Shown here: positions 63,891-64,000 of the stretch, piece after piece
How positions within the stretch are numbered: the first letter of the stretch is position 1
Layout of the letters: every line of letters starts with the position of its first letter
NCBI GenBank assembly: GCA_965261595.1
Contig: CBDHDG010000005.1
Span: 64,001 to 128,000, forward strand
Source of the DNA: a bacterium
GTDB taxonomy: Bacteria > UBA8248 > JACPRG01 > G963555815
Direction: 5' to 3'
Length of the DNA stretch: 64,000 bases
Notes under the pieces: generated by a model
What the model was told of the DNA's origin: nothing
Database searches by the model: none
Seen by the model: only the letters and a program-made list of their open reading frames with translations
Position numbers and translations under genes: made by a program

Positions 63891-64000
63891 GAGTCTGTCC
63901 AGCTTCGCTGTAGGTCTCGTCCTATTGGGGTGCGGTCAAAGACCTACCGGCGTTTCCGTTTTCAACAAGGCACTGGAGATCAACCCAAAGTATTCTGAGG

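Noticed and set aside
63886..64000. Hairpin GTAGGTCT...AGACCTAC as a mobile-element end or ncRNA
   Set aside because: Cut by the window edge; not enough sequence to support a call

Overview
A GC-rich bacterial chromosome segment with heavy IS load and many pseudogenes. (1) 763-21229 is a decayed ~20 kb integrative element in a tRNA-Phe(GAA) gene. Unusually, the duplicated att core is the 5' half of the tRNA. The element carries a broken tyrosine integrase, RHH, Prim-Pol/DUF927 replicase and excisionase genes, an iteron-like ori, a decaying lower-GC xanthomonadin/aryl-polyene-type gene block, three IS3-family 'A' copies, one IS3-family 'B' copy, and a nested IS1380 (ISEcp1-like) transposition unit that has captured chromosomal DNA from 41.7-41.9 kb. 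(2) 21.6-41.8 kb is mostly host metabolic genes: AIR-synthase-like, HAD, TVP38, selenocysteine-containing SelD, Mo-hydroxylase large subunit, acyl-CoA ligase, rhodanese, SagB-type oxidase, Rieske ferredoxin, racemase-family protein and a TAXI-TRAP transporter. It also holds a MITE and an uncharacterised ATPase + ATPase-wHTH-TPR pair with an operator array, a candidate STAND-type conflict/defence system. (3) 41.9-51 kb is an IS graveyard with CARDB-like and PD-(D/E)xK nuclease remnants. (4) 51.3-60.4 kb is a BMP-ABC transporter plus hydantoinase A/B operon bracketed by 27-bp inverted repeats and by IS1380 copies, followed by an IS-broken Sel1-repeat gene. No CRISPR array or rRNA was seen. Product calls come from motif recognition only; no database search was run.
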